Assembly: GCA_002402315.1 (NCBI GenBank)
Contig: DHFP01000270.1
Span: 1-57,604, forward strand
Source: Clostridiales bacterium UBA4821
GTDB taxonomy: Bacteria > Bacillota > Clostridia > Acetivibrionales > UBA4821
Reading direction: 5' to 3'
DNA: 57,604 bases
The position numbers and the translations under genes were made by a program. The notes below the pieces were generated by a model. It was given only the letters and a program-made list of their open reading frames with translations. It made no database searches and had not been told where the DNA came from. Of the stretch, positions 19,853 through 30,035 are shown piece by piece (the stretch's first letter is position 1; each line of letters opens with the position of its first letter).

Positions 19853-20545
19853 TTATACCAACCCTCTTCTCCGAAGTTTTAATTGCTCTTGAAATATAAA
19901 ATTAATAACTCTTTCCCGTGCCTTTTCAGAAATTCTTTGAAACTGAATACCTACTTTCCAATTGTTCGACTGAACTGTATCATCTTTCTTAACACTTACG
20001 ACTTTACCAATTGCACTAATCTCGACATCTTTCTCCAATATTATAACACATTCTAAAAAATTAGTCTTATCAATTTTCTCTTTACTCAACATACACATCC
20101 CCCCCCCACTGAGATCAATAGTTCTTGTGGTCTTGAACGGGTCTTCATTGGTCCCGAATATGGGAAGTTTATATGGTCTATACCTAACAATACAACTACA
20201 TTCCAACCTATAATATGACCTTCTTTGTATCTTAATGATTTCACTCTCTCGGTTTAGTACCACTACTGGAATATTATCATTATTTACCGCTAAAACCCTT
20301 GCATTGAACGAATGAATGCCTTCCTTAGAAATTATTACAACCTGTACCAGGGTTTGCTTCCTAAAATATACCGATTGAGCATTGATCATAGGTACATCAA
20401 TTTCAATAGTATCATTATCATTTATGTGCTGCAGTTTAACCGGGTAATACGGACTGAGGTTCTTCCCTGAATTATCAATTACTGAAACCTCTAACTTTTC
20501 ACCAAGTTTTAAATCCTTAATTTGCACCTGGGATACCTCCAACAA
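19853..20545 (-). CDS. PilZ-domain flagellar brake-type protein (YcgR/MotI-like)
   Basis: RRSYYR ... DLSGGG, i.e. the RxxxR and D/NxSxxG c-di-GMP binding signature, preceded by a YcgR-N-like beta-barrel region. Confidence 0.8.
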   Translation of the reverse strand: MLEVSQVQIKDLKLGEKLEVSVIDNSGKNLSPYYPVKLQHINDNDTIEIDVPMINAQSVYFRKQTLVQVVIISKEGIHSFNARVLAVNNDNIPVVVLNRESEIIKIQRRSYYRLECSCIVRYRPYKLPIFGTNEDPFKTTRTIDLSGGGMCMLSKEKIDKTNFLECVIILEKDVEISAIGKVVSVKKDDTVQSNNWKVGIQFQRISEKARERVINFIFQEQLKLRRRGLV

Positions 20546-20553
20546 TTCTAGAT

Positions 20554-21456
20554 CTAATTGTTTAAGAAACTTACCAGCCTATTTACAAACGACTTTACGC
20601 CCCCATGGTTCCTATCTACTCTTATTTGCACCATTCTCTTGCATATATCTCTAATATGTTTAGCTGCATTACTTTTAGGATATGCGATTGCAAAGGGCTG
20701 CTGCATTCTAACAGACTTAGGTACCACCTCATCGTTCAGTACATAACCTAAGGGTGATAACTTTACTGATAAGAACTTTTCTGCAACCAGCGAAAGTTTT
20801 TTAAGTATATTTTCCGCCTCAGTTTGGGTCTCTGCCCTGTTAACTATTAGTTTAATAGGTTTTGTTTTATTCCTGTTTGATACCATCTTTATCAGAGCGT
20901 ATGCATCAGTTATTGATGTCGGTTCAGGTGTTGTCACAAGAAGTACTTCATCAGCTGCCATTACAAAGCTGATTACATTTTCAGAAACCCCTGCCCCTGT
21001 ATCAATTATTATATAATCTGCCAGCTTATCTAATAAGCTTATATTTTCAACAAATTTATCCAGTTGGGATTTATCAAGTTTAGCAAGCTGTTCAACTCCT
21101 GAACCTCCGGAAATAAACTTTAGGTTTCTAGGTCCTTCGGTTAATATTTCCAGTATGTTCTTTCTGTTATTAATAACATCAACCAGTGTAAACTGTGGTA
21201 CAATTCCAAATATGACATCTATATTCGCAAGACCAAAATCAGCATCTAAAATTATTACTTTAAAACCATATTCACTTAGGCTAACTGCCAGATTCACTGC
21301 TACATTTGTTTTGCCTACCCCACCCTTACCACTTGTTACAGTAATAACTCTCGAACTTCTCCTTGGGATATCCTTCTCAGAATCAACCTGATTTGGCACA
21401 TGGCGGTTTTTTAAATTTGCTATTATTTGTCTCAGTTTATCTGCCTGATCCTTCAT
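20554..21456 (-). CDS. flhG: MinD-type ATPase FlhG (YlxH)
   Basis: Deviant Walker A SGKGGVGKT; 4-nt overlap with flhF. Confidence 0.9.
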   Translation of the reverse strand: MKDQADKLRQIIANLKNRHVPNQVDSEKDIPRRSSRVITVTSGKGGVGKTNVAVNLAVSLSEYGFKVIILDADFGLANIDVIFGIVPQFTLVDVINNRKNILEILTEGPRNLKFISGGSGVEQLAKLDKSQLDKFVENISLLDKLADYIIIDTGAGVSENVISFVMAADEVLLVTTPEPTSITDAYALIKMVSNRNKTKPIKLIVNRAETQTEAENILKKLSLVAEKFLSVKLSPLGYVLNDEVVPKSVRMQQPFAIAYPKSNAAKHIRDICKRMVQIRVDRNHGGVKSFVNRLVSFLNN

Positions 21457-22613
21457 GCAGGTATACTCCCTAATAATATTTTGGATATCTTATCTATATT
21501 AATAATCTCTATATCATCCGGCACACTCTGGCCGGTAGTTACATACGATAACGGCTTACCGGTTAAATCTTTTATATTCATTATAATCCCATATGAAGAT
21601 GTTTCATCGAGTTTGGTGAACAGTAATTTATAGTTATCTACGAAACTATAGCTATTTATTATATCACGGCAATCTTTAATTCCTGTAGTAGCTCCAATAA
21701 GAAGATATGTCTCATCGGCCTGGCTATGGGATACCAATGTCTTGAGCTCTTCAAACTGAGCTTTATTTCTATGGCTCCTGCCAGGAGTATCAATTAGTAT
21801 CACATCTTTATCAGCATAGCTATTTATCGCTTCACTTATGTCACCAGGCGAGTAGACTATATTCACCGGCATACCTAATATCTCTGCATAAGTTTTTAAT
21901 TGTTCGACTGCAGCAATCCTAAATGTATCTGCAGTAATTAATCCTGCACTTTTCTTTTGATTTAATGCAAAATCTGCTGCTATCTTGGCTAAAGTTGTAG
22001 TTTTTCCCACACCGGTTGGTCCAAGAAAAATTATTACATAGGGTTTTTTATCGCCGGTTAACTGTATAGGCTCCGGCCTGCCTAAGAAACTTTGTATTGT
22101 GGTGTATAGTGTTGAAGCAACCTCACTTACATTTACACTCCCCCCTACTTTTTCTTTAAGTTTATTAATAATTTTTTTTGCTAATTCCGGCTCTACTTCG
22201 TTTTTTAATAAATTGTTGGTAAACAATTGATAAACCTTTGTATTCAAATCCTGGCCGGCTTCAGTATTCGGTTTGTGTCCAAACTGCACTTGATTATTTA
22301 TTTTCTGCAAAAGTGCTTCTATACTGTTAACTTTAGCTTCAAGCTGATTCAGCTTTTTGTCTTTAACTATTGATTCTTCTTCAAATTTAACTTTATCTTC
22401 GATTTGTGTATCTTCTGTTCTGGCTGCGGCTGCCTTCTTACTAGTATCGTCCAAGGTAGCTACTACCTCAATTAACGGCTTGCTGAAAAAACCCAAAATG
22501 CCTTTTTGTCTAACTCTTCGGGTACTTATGATTACTGCATCATTACCTAAATCCATCTTAACTTTTAGCATAGCTTCATGTGCATCTTTTCCAATATATC
22601 TTCGTATTTTCAT
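21453..22613 (-). CDS. flhF: SRP-type GTPase FlhF
   Basis: GPTGVGKTTT, DTPGR and TKLDE G-boxes. Start at the ATG at 22613 behind GGTGG. Confidence 0.9.
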   Translation of the reverse strand: MKIRRYIGKDAHEAMLKVKMDLGNDAVIISTRRVRQKGILGFFSKPLIEVVATLDDTSKKAAAARTEDTQIEDKVKFEEESIVKDKKLNQLEAKVNSIEALLQKINNQVQFGHKPNTEAGQDLNTKVYQLFTNNLLKNEVEPELAKKIINKLKEKVGGSVNVSEVASTLYTTIQSFLGRPEPIQLTGDKKPYVIIFLGPTGVGKTTTLAKIAADFALNQKKSAGLITADTFRIAAVEQLKTYAEILGMPVNIVYSPGDISEAINSYADKDVILIDTPGRSHRNKAQFEELKTLVSHSQADETYLLIGATTGIKDCRDIINSYSFVDNYKLLFTKLDETSSYGIIMNIKDLTGKPLSYVTTGQSVPDDIEIINIDKISKILLGSIPA

Positions 22614-22632
22614 TACTACCACCTATGATATT

Positions 22633-24660
22633 TTATGCGCTTATCATGCCAATCGACTGTACTTCCAAATTTGGGTCAAGCTCATTATATGACAGTACTA
22701 TTAGCTCTGGAAGTGCTTGCTCGGTTATCTTCTTAAAGTATGGCCTTACACCGGGAGATGCAATTACTATAGGCTGCTGCCCCATTGATGCAAGATTTTG
22801 AACATGTTCGTACAGTTTATTGATTATTCCTTGGGTAATATTTGGTTCTAGTGATACAAAGGAACCAAACTCAGTGCGTTGAACCGAGTCGGCAATTCTC
22901 TGCTCAAGCTGTGGGTCTATTGTAATGACGCTTGATCTGTTGTTACCAATAAATCTTTTACATATTGCCCTCCCCAATGCTTGCCTTACATACTCTGTCA
23001 GCATATCGGTATCATGAGTAAGTGGTGCATAATCAGCTAACGTTTCCAATATAGTAACCATATCCCTGATACTAACATTCTCCCTCAGGAGGTTAGCCAG
23101 TACTTTTTGAACTTCTCCCAGATTCAATACTTTAGGAATAAGTTCTTCAACTATTGCTGGATAATTTATCTTTACATTGTCAATCAGCGTCTGTACTTCT
23201 TGTCTTCCAAGTAATTCATGTGCATATCTCTTTATTATTTCTGTAAGGTGAGTTGCTATTATCGATGGTGGATCAACTACAGTGTACCCAAGCATCTCTG
23301 CTCTTTCCCTTTGGTTGTCTGTTATCCATTTCGCCGGTAATCCAAATGCCGGTTCGGTAGTTGGCTCTCCATCTATCTCCTGTTCTACTCCTCCTGGGTT
23401 CATTGCCAGAAAATGATCAAACATTAGTTCACCTTTTGATACTTCAACTCCTTTAACCCTTATTACATATTCATTTGAATTTAGCTGTATATTATCTCTA
23501 AGCCTGATCATCGGGACTATCATCCCGAGTTCCAATGCCAGTTGTCTTCTTATCATTACTACTCTATCAAGCAAATCTCCACCTTGATTTACATCCGCCA
23601 GAGGAATTATTCCATATCCAAACTCCAATTCTATTGGATCCACTTGTAACAAGGATACTACATTTTCCGGCTTTCTTATCTCCTCTACCTCGGTCTCCTG
23701 GACCTTTACCTCTTCTTCCTTCTGCTGCAGCTTAATCTCTCTTTGTAATCTGAAGCCAACTACAGCCAATATAGCCGCTATTATAACAAAGGGTAACGTT
23801 GGCAGCCCAAACATTACAAGGAGTACGCACACTACTGCAGTAATCATCATAACCTTGGGGTTTTGGAAAATCTGCCTTATCAAGCCCTGACTCAAATTTG
23901 AATCAGAAGCAGCTCTTGTTACTATAATACCTGTCGCTGTCGAAATAAGCAAGGCCGGAATCTGGCTTACCAGGCCATCTCCTACAGTAAGTATGGTGTA
24001 GTCATTGAATGCCTGGGTTAATTCTTCACCTCTCATTAAAACCCCAATAATCAATCCGCCAATTACATTTATAAAAGTAATTATTATACCTGCAATTGCA
24101 TCACCCTTTACAAACTTGCTGGCACCATCCATTGCTCCATAGAAGTCAGCCTCACGTTGAATATTCTTTCTTCTTTCCTTTGCTTCTTCTTCACTAATCA
24201 GCCCACTGTTTAAATCAGCATCTATTGCCATCTGCTTACCCGGCATAGCGTCCAGTGTAAATCTTGCAGCAACTTCAGATACCCTTTCAGATCCTTTGGT
24301 AATTACCAGGAACTGAACTATCATAATTATTAAGTATATAATGAATCCTACCACTATATTATCTGCAGTAACAAACCTACCAAAAGCATTTATTACAGAA
24401 CCGGCTTCACCTTGGCCTAGAACTAACTTTGTTGCCGATATATTGAGTGACAACCGGTATATAGTCGTAATTAGCAATAGTGAAGGAAATATTGACATCT
24501 GTAATGCATCTTTAGCATAAACACTGTTCAGTAATATAAGTAATGAAACTGAAATATTTATTGCTAAGAGTATATCAAGCAGTTGATGAGGGATGGGAAT
24601 AATTATTATCAATACAATGGCTACTATTATGGCTGCTACACTAATATCCCCAAGTTTCAT
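22633..24660 (-). CDS. flhA: flagellar export gate protein FlhA
   Basis: N-terminal polytopic domain, FHIPEP-region GASKFVKGDAIAGII, large cytoplasmic C-domain; 675 aa. Confidence 0.95.
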   Translation of the reverse strand: MKLGDISVAAIIVAIVLIIIIPIPHQLLDILLAINISVSLLILLNSVYAKDALQMSIFPSLLLITTIYRLSLNISATKLVLGQGEAGSVINAFGRFVTADNIVVGFIIYLIIMIVQFLVITKGSERVSEVAARFTLDAMPGKQMAIDADLNSGLISEEEAKERRKNIQREADFYGAMDGASKFVKGDAIAGIIITFINVIGGLIIGVLMRGEELTQAFNDYTILTVGDGLVSQIPALLISTATGIIVTRAASDSNLSQGLIRQIFQNPKVMMITAVVCVLLVMFGLPTLPFVIIAAILAVVGFRLQREIKLQQKEEEVKVQETEVEEIRKPENVVSLLQVDPIELEFGYGIIPLADVNQGGDLLDRVVMIRRQLALELGMIVPMIRLRDNIQLNSNEYVIRVKGVEVSKGELMFDHFLAMNPGGVEQEIDGEPTTEPAFGLPAKWITDNQRERAEMLGYTVVDPPSIIATHLTEIIKRYAHELLGRQEVQTLIDNVKINYPAIVEELIPKVLNLGEVQKVLANLLRENVSIRDMVTILETLADYAPLTHDTDMLTEYVRQALGRAICKRFIGNNRSSVITIDPQLEQRIADSVQRTEFGSFVSLEPNITQGIINKLYEHVQNLASMGQQPIVIASPGVRPYFKKITEQALPELIVLSYNELDPNLEVQSIGMISA

Positions 24661-24757
24661 TTAAACTTCCCTACTCTCTTTTTATTTACACACTCTCTAT
24701 CTTCTCCCTTCTCCAAAGCTTGGGAGAAGCGCTGGGGATAAGGGTTGTGCATATTCT

Positions 24758-25927
24758 TTAACCTGCCACATGCTTTTCCTTAAGATTGTATACAAATGCA
24801 AGTACTTCTGCCACTGCCTGGTATAGTTCCTCCGGTATAGGGTCTCCAATTTCTGCTGAACTGTATAGTGTTCTGGCAAGTTCTTTATTTTCAACAACTT
24901 CAACCTTATTTTCTTTTGCAATCTCTTTTATTCTCTGTGCAATATAGTCCTGCCCTTTTGCTATAACAACCGGCGCTGAATTTTCTTCGGCGTCATATTT
25001 TATAGCTACAGCAAAATGAGTAGGGTTTGTAATAACAACATCTGCCTTGGGTATATCCTTCATCATTCTGCTTGCAGCCATCTGACGCTGCTTTTGCTTT
25101 ATCTTGGCCTTAATTTGAGGATTACCTTCAGTTTGCTTATATTCTTCCTTCGTCTCATGCTTGCTCATTTTTAGATTTCTCTCGTATTCCCACCATTGAA
25201 AGATGTAATCAAATACAGCTAATATAATAAGCACAATAGTTATGGCTATTGAAACATTTAACGCTACGTTTCCAATGTATATGAATATATTCAAAACATC
25301 CATATCCATAATGTTTATTACACTATTAACTTCATCCTTTAGATAAAGGTAAGATATATACAATGATATTGCTATTTTTATTATTGATTTTACTAATTCA
25401 ATCGCTGCTTGTCTCGAAAATATCCTCTTAAACCCATTAATCGGATTCAATTTTTCCGGCTTGAACTGTAAAGTCTCCACTGTAAACAAAAACCCTACTT
25501 GTGCATACCCGCTTATTAATCCTGCTAACAACGATACTGCTAGAATGGGAGCCATTATCTTAAGGAAGACTAGTGTTGTATCGGTTAAAAACTTCATCAT
25601 GACATTGACTGTAAACAAGTCTTCCATCTTCATATAGTTGTTAAATATATTTTCAAAGTACTTTTCAATCTCATTATAGATAAATGGGCAGCTAAATTTT
25701 ATTGTCAGGAACATAGCGAGAAGTAATACTGCTGAGTTTATCTCTTTACTTTGTAAAACCTGACCTTTCTTTCTTGCCTGTTCTCTTTTTCTTGGTGTAG
25801 CCTTCTCTGTCTTTTCCTCATCAGCAAATAGCTGAAGGTCTATCTCAAAAAACTGGCTTTGGGCTTTTGGCTCTTGGCTATTAGTTCCTAAAAATATTCG
25901 TTGTATCCAATATATAATAGCCATCAC
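24758..25927 (-). CDS. flhB: flagellar export switch protein FlhB
   Basis: DLQLFADEEKTEKATPRKR N-terminus, four TM segments, NPTH autocleavage site (VVITNPTHFAVAI). ATGA overlap with fliR. Confidence 0.92.
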   Translation of the reverse strand: MMAIIYWIQRIFLGTNSQEPKAQSQFFEIDLQLFADEEKTEKATPRKREQARKKGQVLQSKEINSAVLLLAMFLTIKFSCPFIYNEIEKYFENIFNNYMKMEDLFTVNVMMKFLTDTTLVFLKIMAPILAVSLLAGLISGYAQVGFLFTVETLQFKPEKLNPINGFKRIFSRQAAIELVKSIIKIAISLYISYLYLKDEVNSVINIMDMDVLNIFIYIGNVALNVSIAITIVLIILAVFDYIFQWWEYERNLKMSKHETKEEYKQTEGNPQIKAKIKQKQRQMAASRMMKDIPKADVVITNPTHFAVAIKYDAEENSAPVVIAKGQDYIAQRIKEIAKENKVEVVENKELARTLYSSAEIGDPIPEELYQAVAEVLAFVYNLKEKHVAG

Positions 25928-26712
25928 TTGGGTACCATTTCTTTCATCACTGTCATAGTCTGTTCATTGATTGTATCTATCATAAAACCTAGAATCATAA
26001 TGAATGCGGGTATTGTTATCATCATTACTACCAAACCAAGTATTATTTTAAGTGGCAGTCCAACCATAAATATGTTCATCTGCGGCATTGTTCTGGATAG
26101 TATTCCAAGTGCTACATCACATACAAGAATTGCTGCAATTACAGGTGCACTTATTTTAAACCCTATAACAAACATGTATCCCATAAGTTTTATCAGCTGC
26201 GGTATCATATTATTATTCAGTACTGCTGTACCTATCGGAAGCAAATTATAACTATTAACCAGTGCTTCGATTAACATATGGTGTCCATTTATTGTTAGGA
26301 AAATTACCATTGCCAGTGTATAATAAAAGTTTGCAGTTATTGGAACCTGAATATTACTCACAGGATCAATTACGCTTACTATACCAAATCCGATTTGAGT
26401 ATCAATTAATTGTCCTGCCAGGTATATTGCTGAAAATATCAGGAAGCTTACATACCCCAATATTACTCCTATCATGAATTCCCTGAGAGCTACAATTGTA
26501 AACTCATACATCCCACTAAGATTTACGGCTGCCGGTACACTAACTACATTTACCAGTATGACAGCTACCATCAGTGAAAAACCTATTTTAAAAATTGTTG
26601 GTAGACTTCTCCTCCCGAATAATGGCGAGATTACAAAGAGGGAACTGATTCTGATCAGAATAAATATAAAAACTTCTATCTTGGTTAAAAAACTTCCGAC
26701 AAGTAGTTCCAA
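25924..26712 (-). CDS. fliR: flagellar export apparatus protein FliR
   Basis: 262-aa polytopic protein in the canonical fliPQR-flhB position. Confidence 0.88.
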   Translation of the reverse strand: MELLVGSFLTKIEVFIFILIRISSLFVISPLFGRRSLPTIFKIGFSLMVAVILVNVVSVPAAVNLSGMYEFTIVALREFMIGVILGYVSFLIFSAIYLAGQLIDTQIGFGIVSVIDPVSNIQVPITANFYYTLAMVIFLTINGHHMLIEALVNSYNLLPIGTAVLNNNMIPQLIKLMGYMFVIGFKISAPVIAAILVCDVALGILSRTMPQMNIFMVGLPLKIILGLVVMMITIPAFIMILGFMIDTINEQTMTVMKEMVPK

Positions 26713-26736
26713 AGTTTTATCCCTCTCTTAAGTCTA

Positions 26737-27006
26737 TCACCTAATATAGTTATTTATATTCTGGAAAAGGTTTTGAGTAAATTCTTTCATAACAGTCAGC
26801 ATCCAAGGGCCAAACAATACCATACCCCCTAAAATTGCAATTATCTTTGGTATAAATGTAAGCGTTTGCTCTTGAATCTGTGTGGTTGCTTGAAATATAC
26901 TAACTGCTAAACCTACTACAAGTCCAAGCAGTAGCATGGGACCGGCTACATATAGTATAATTAATAATGATCTTGTTGCTAATTCAATTACTGCCCCCTG
27001 CTCCAT
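26737..27006 (-). CDS. fliQ: flagellar export apparatus protein FliQ
   Basis: 89 aa, two TM segments, canonical position. Confidence 0.9.
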   Translation of the reverse strand: MEQGAVIELATRSLLIILYVAGPMLLLGLVVGLAVSIFQATTQIQEQTLTFIPKIIAILGGMVLFGPWMLTVMKEFTQNLFQNINNYIR

Positions 27007-27083
27007 ATGCTGTTCTCCTCCTTGACTACTTAACTTTTATTTAAGCCTTTGTTACCAAAAAAGTCTGACTTCTGACATCTATA

Positions 27084-27875
27084 CTACCTAAATCCCATTA
27101 CTATTGACTGGGTTATTAAATTCCAGCCATCAACCATTATAAATAAAAGAATCTTAAATGGGAGAGAAATCATTATCGGTGGAAGCATCATCATTCCCAT
27201 TGACATTAAGGTACTTGAAACCACCATATCAATTATCAAAAACGGAATAAATATTAAAAAACCAATTTGAAAAGCAACTTTCAATTCATTTATCATAAAC
27301 GCTGGTATTACAATTGTTAATGGCAGCTTCTCTTTTTCAACTTTTTGGGGATCCATTTTAGCCATTTTTACAAATAACAATAAATCTTTTTCGCTTCTAA
27401 TTTGGTTTAGCATAAATTCCCTTATTGGATCAGCTGCTTTAGTAAAAGCTTGTTCTTGTGTAATCTGCCCTTTCATAAAAGGCTGAAATGCTTCATTATT
27501 TATTTGGGTTAGAACTGGTGACATTATAAAAAAAGTCAGAAACATTGCAAACCCTATCAAAACCTGATTAGGAGGCATTTGTTGTGTTCCGAGAGCATTT
27601 CTTAAAAAAGAGAGGACTATAATTATCCTGGTGAACGAGGTCATCATGATTAGGATAGCGGGAGCAATTGATAGAACAGTTAATAACAGTATTATTTGAA
27701 TAGTTGCAGCTGCCTCCTGGGGCTGTTGTGCCGGACCAATATCTACTCCAATTCGCGGTATTGGGAATGCAGGCTCAGCACTTGCGGAAATGGTCCAGGA
27801 AAGCACAACTATAAGTGTTAACAGCAAAACATACGTGCCTTTTAACCTGCTATTCATTTGGTTTTTCATCCCCAT
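27084..27875 (-). CDS. fliP: flagellar export apparatus protein FliP
   Basis: Signal-like N-terminus, then the conserved FTRIIIVLSFLRNALGTQQMPPNQVLIG region. The start among three in-frame ATGs (27875/27869/27857) is uncertain. Confidence 0.9.
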   Translation of the reverse strand: MGMKNQMNSRLKGTYVLLLTLIVVLSWTISASAEPAFPIPRIGVDIGPAQQPQEAAATIQIILLLTVLSIAPAILIMMTSFTRIIIVLSFLRNALGTQQMPPNQVLIGFAMFLTFFIMSPVLTQINNEAFQPFMKGQITQEQAFTKAADPIREFMLNQIRSEKDLLLFVKMAKMDPQKVEKEKLPLTIVIPAFMINELKVAFQIGFLIFIPFLIIDMVVSSTLMSMGMMMLPPIMISLPFKILLFIMVDGWNLITQSIVMGFR

Positions 27876-28350
27876 TTTTTTCAGAATTTATTTTGGAAAA
27901 GATGCCTTTTAGCTTGTTTAGATTTTGATTAAATCTTGCCTCATTAGGATTATTTGCTTCTAACGAAGTATTACCCTCTTTTTTTGGGGAAAGATTACGG
28001 AACATTTCAAAATAGTTTTTAAATACTGTATTAGCACTTATTTGCTGTTCATGCTCCAACTCTTTTAGATCTTCCTCTGTTAATCTTACCTGGCTGCTAT
28101 CCAGAAGTGTCATAAACTTAATACTTTTATTTGAAAATGATACTAGCAGAAACTGATCTCCAACCTTTATCAAATATATTTGCCTGTCAAAGCCAAGGAC
28201 AATCGTATCAACTACTTTTAGATGCCTTCCCCTCATACCCCTGACTGCTTTAGCACCAAGTAATTTCGTTGAAACATATGCCAAAAATAATATTGCGGCA
28301 AATAGTACTAAGTAAAATAATCCGTAAAAGAATACACCAATATCTGGCAT
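27850..28350 (-). CDS. fliO: FliO/FliZ flagellar biosynthesis protein
   Basis: Single N-terminal TM helix, about 160 aa, located between cheY and fliP as in B. subtilis fliZ. Confidence 0.75.
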   Translation of the reverse strand: MPDIGVFFYGLFYLVLFAAILFLAYVSTKLLGAKAVRGMRGRHLKVVDTIVLGFDRQIYLIKVGDQFLLVSFSNKSIKFMTLLDSSQVRLTEEDLKELEHEQQISANTVFKNYFEMFRNLSPKKEGNTSLEANNPNEARFNQNLNKLKGIFSKINSEKNGDEKPNE

Positions 28351-28364
28351 TAAATCATCTCCAT

Positions 28365-28727
28365 TTATCCAAGGACCTTTCTAACAGCCTCAACAACCCT
28401 ATCAGCTTGGAAAGGTTTAACAATAAAGTCTCTTGCACCAGCCTGAATGGATTCAATAACCATAGCTTGCTGCCCCATAGCTGAACACATAATAATTTTT
28501 GAATCATAATTTATCTTCTTTATTTCCTTTACTGCCTGTATACCGTCTAATTCCGGCATTGTTATATCCATTATTACTAAGTCAGGTAAGAGTTCACGGT
28601 ACTTTTCAATTGCTCTCATACCGTTTTCAGCTTCACCTGCTACATCGTAGCCATTCTTAGTCAGGATATCTTTAATCATCATCCTCATAAAAGCTGCATC
28701 ATCAACAATTAAAATCTTTTTCCCCAT
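28365..28727 (-). CDS. cheY: chemotaxis response regulator CheY
   Basis: ILIVDDAAFMR, MDITMPELDG and KPF; 120 aa. Confidence 0.95.
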   Translation of the reverse strand: MGKKILIVDDAAFMRMMIKDILTKNGYDVAGEAENGMRAIEKYRELLPDLVIMDITMPELDGIQAVKEIKKINYDSKIIMCSAMGQQAMVIESIQAGARDFIVKPFQADRVVEAVRKVLG

Positions 28728-28766
28728 GTTAATCCCTCTCCTTAAAATTTTTTTAAAAAGTTTCTT

Positions 28767-30035
28767 CTATAGTCTCTTTGATGGTTGGACAATGTCCGTT
28801 AGCCTTACGCCAAAACTTTCATCAATTATTACAACCTCACCTTTTGCAATTATCTTTCCGTTTACTAATATATCAACCAGATCTCCCGCTAATTTATCAA
28901 GCTCTATTATTGAGCCTGGTGCAAACTCTAATATTTCGCGTATTAGTTTTTGTGTTCTTCCAAGCTCTACAGTAATCTGCAGAGGTACTTCCATAAGTAA
29001 ATTAATGTTTTCTTTTTGTGCTGAATTCCTCCCCTCATCAAATGACTGGAATTGTATAGGTTGAATATTTACTGGAGCCTGTGGTGAACTATTTGAAGTC
29101 ATATGTACCGGATTATGCATAGGTGCCTGTTGTTGGTATGATTGCTGCTGGCTCTGCTGAACGTATCCTCCCATTGGCTGTGTCTGAGGTATTGTCATAT
29201 TAGATATCTGTTGAGTAGGCGCATTATAAGGCTCCTGTTCCCGATACATCTGCTGAGCAGTCTGCTGATTTGCTGCTGCGCTCTGTCCCATATTGTCTAA
29301 ATAACCATAATTTTGTTCGCTATTATTATCACTTGGGCTGATTGAGGACGCTGATGATCCTGCCTCACCTTCAATGTTAAGCAGTCCGGTAACCATTTCT
29401 TTTGCAAAATCAATGGGCAAAAGCTGCATAATATGGCTGTTAATCAGGCTGCCTATCTCCATTTTGAATGAAATTTTCACTACTTTTTCTGAAGAGTTAA
29501 AGTCTACGAAATCATTCTCAGCTAAGTTTGTACGGAATGATTTAGGCGGAGAAATATCTATTCTCTTATTTATCATTGAAGCCATAGACGTAGCTGCAGA
29601 ACCAACCATCTGATTCATTGCTTCACTTATAGCACTTAGGTGCAAGTCGGTAATATCCCCACCTGTATTGCTGCCATCCCCTCCCATCATCAGGTCGGTG
29701 ATGATCTTAACATCTTCTTCTTTTAATAATAACAGATTGGTTCCTGTAAGTCCTTGTATAAATTCTGCTTTCACTGCAATGAAAGAGCCGCTTGTGTTCT
29801 TGGTCAACTCTCTCCATGTAGTAACTTCTACTGTTGGTGTTGTAATCAAGACTTTTTGCCCTAGCAAAGTAAACAGAGTTGTTGAGGCAGTCCCCATGCT
29901 AATATTCCCGATTTCACCCAAGGCATCAATTTCTTGAGGGTTTAGTTCCATATCCCCGCCGCCTGAGCTACTTTCGTTAAAGGACCCACCACTAAGTAAA
30001 GCATCTATTTCGGCTTGAGAAAGTAGATCATCCAT
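28767..30035 (-). CDS. fliY: flagellar switch protein FliY (CheC-like N-domain plus FliN C-domain)
   Basis: EIDALGEIGNISMGTA CheC-like repeats; C-terminal SpoA/FliN domain VELGRT..IIELDKLAGDLVDILVNGKIIAKGEVVIIDE. Confidence 0.9.
   Translation of the reverse strand: MDDLLSQAEIDALLSGGSFNESSSGGGDMELNPQEIDALGEIGNISMGTASTTLFTLLGQKVLITTPTVEVTTWRELTKNTSGSFIAVKAEFIQGLTGTNLLLLKEEDVKIITDLMMGGDGSNTGGDITDLHLSAISEAMNQMVGSAATSMASMINKRIDISPPKSFRTNLAENDFVDFNSSEKVVKISFKMEIGSLINSHIMQLLPIDFAKEMVTGLLNIEGEAGSSASSISPSDNNSEQNYGYLDNMGQSAAANQQTAQQMYREQEPYNAPTQQISNMTIPQTQPMGGYVQQSQQQSYQQQAPMHNPVHMTSNSSPQAPVNIQPIQFQSFDEGRNSAQKENINLLMEVPLQITVELGRTQKLIREILEFAPGSIIELDKLAGDLVDILVNGKIIAKGEVVIIDESFGVRLTDIVQPSKRL

Noticed and set aside
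24697-24921. 74-aa ORF spanning the flhB 3' end and the flhB-flhA spacer
   Set aside because: It overlaps flhB out of frame, has no RBS and has an odd composition. The spacer is better explained by the repeat and hairpin.
27063-27076. GTCTGAC TTCTGAC tandem pair in the fliP-fliQ spacer
   Set aside because: Only two units, too short to separate from chance. It is mentioned only as a possible member of the heptamer class.
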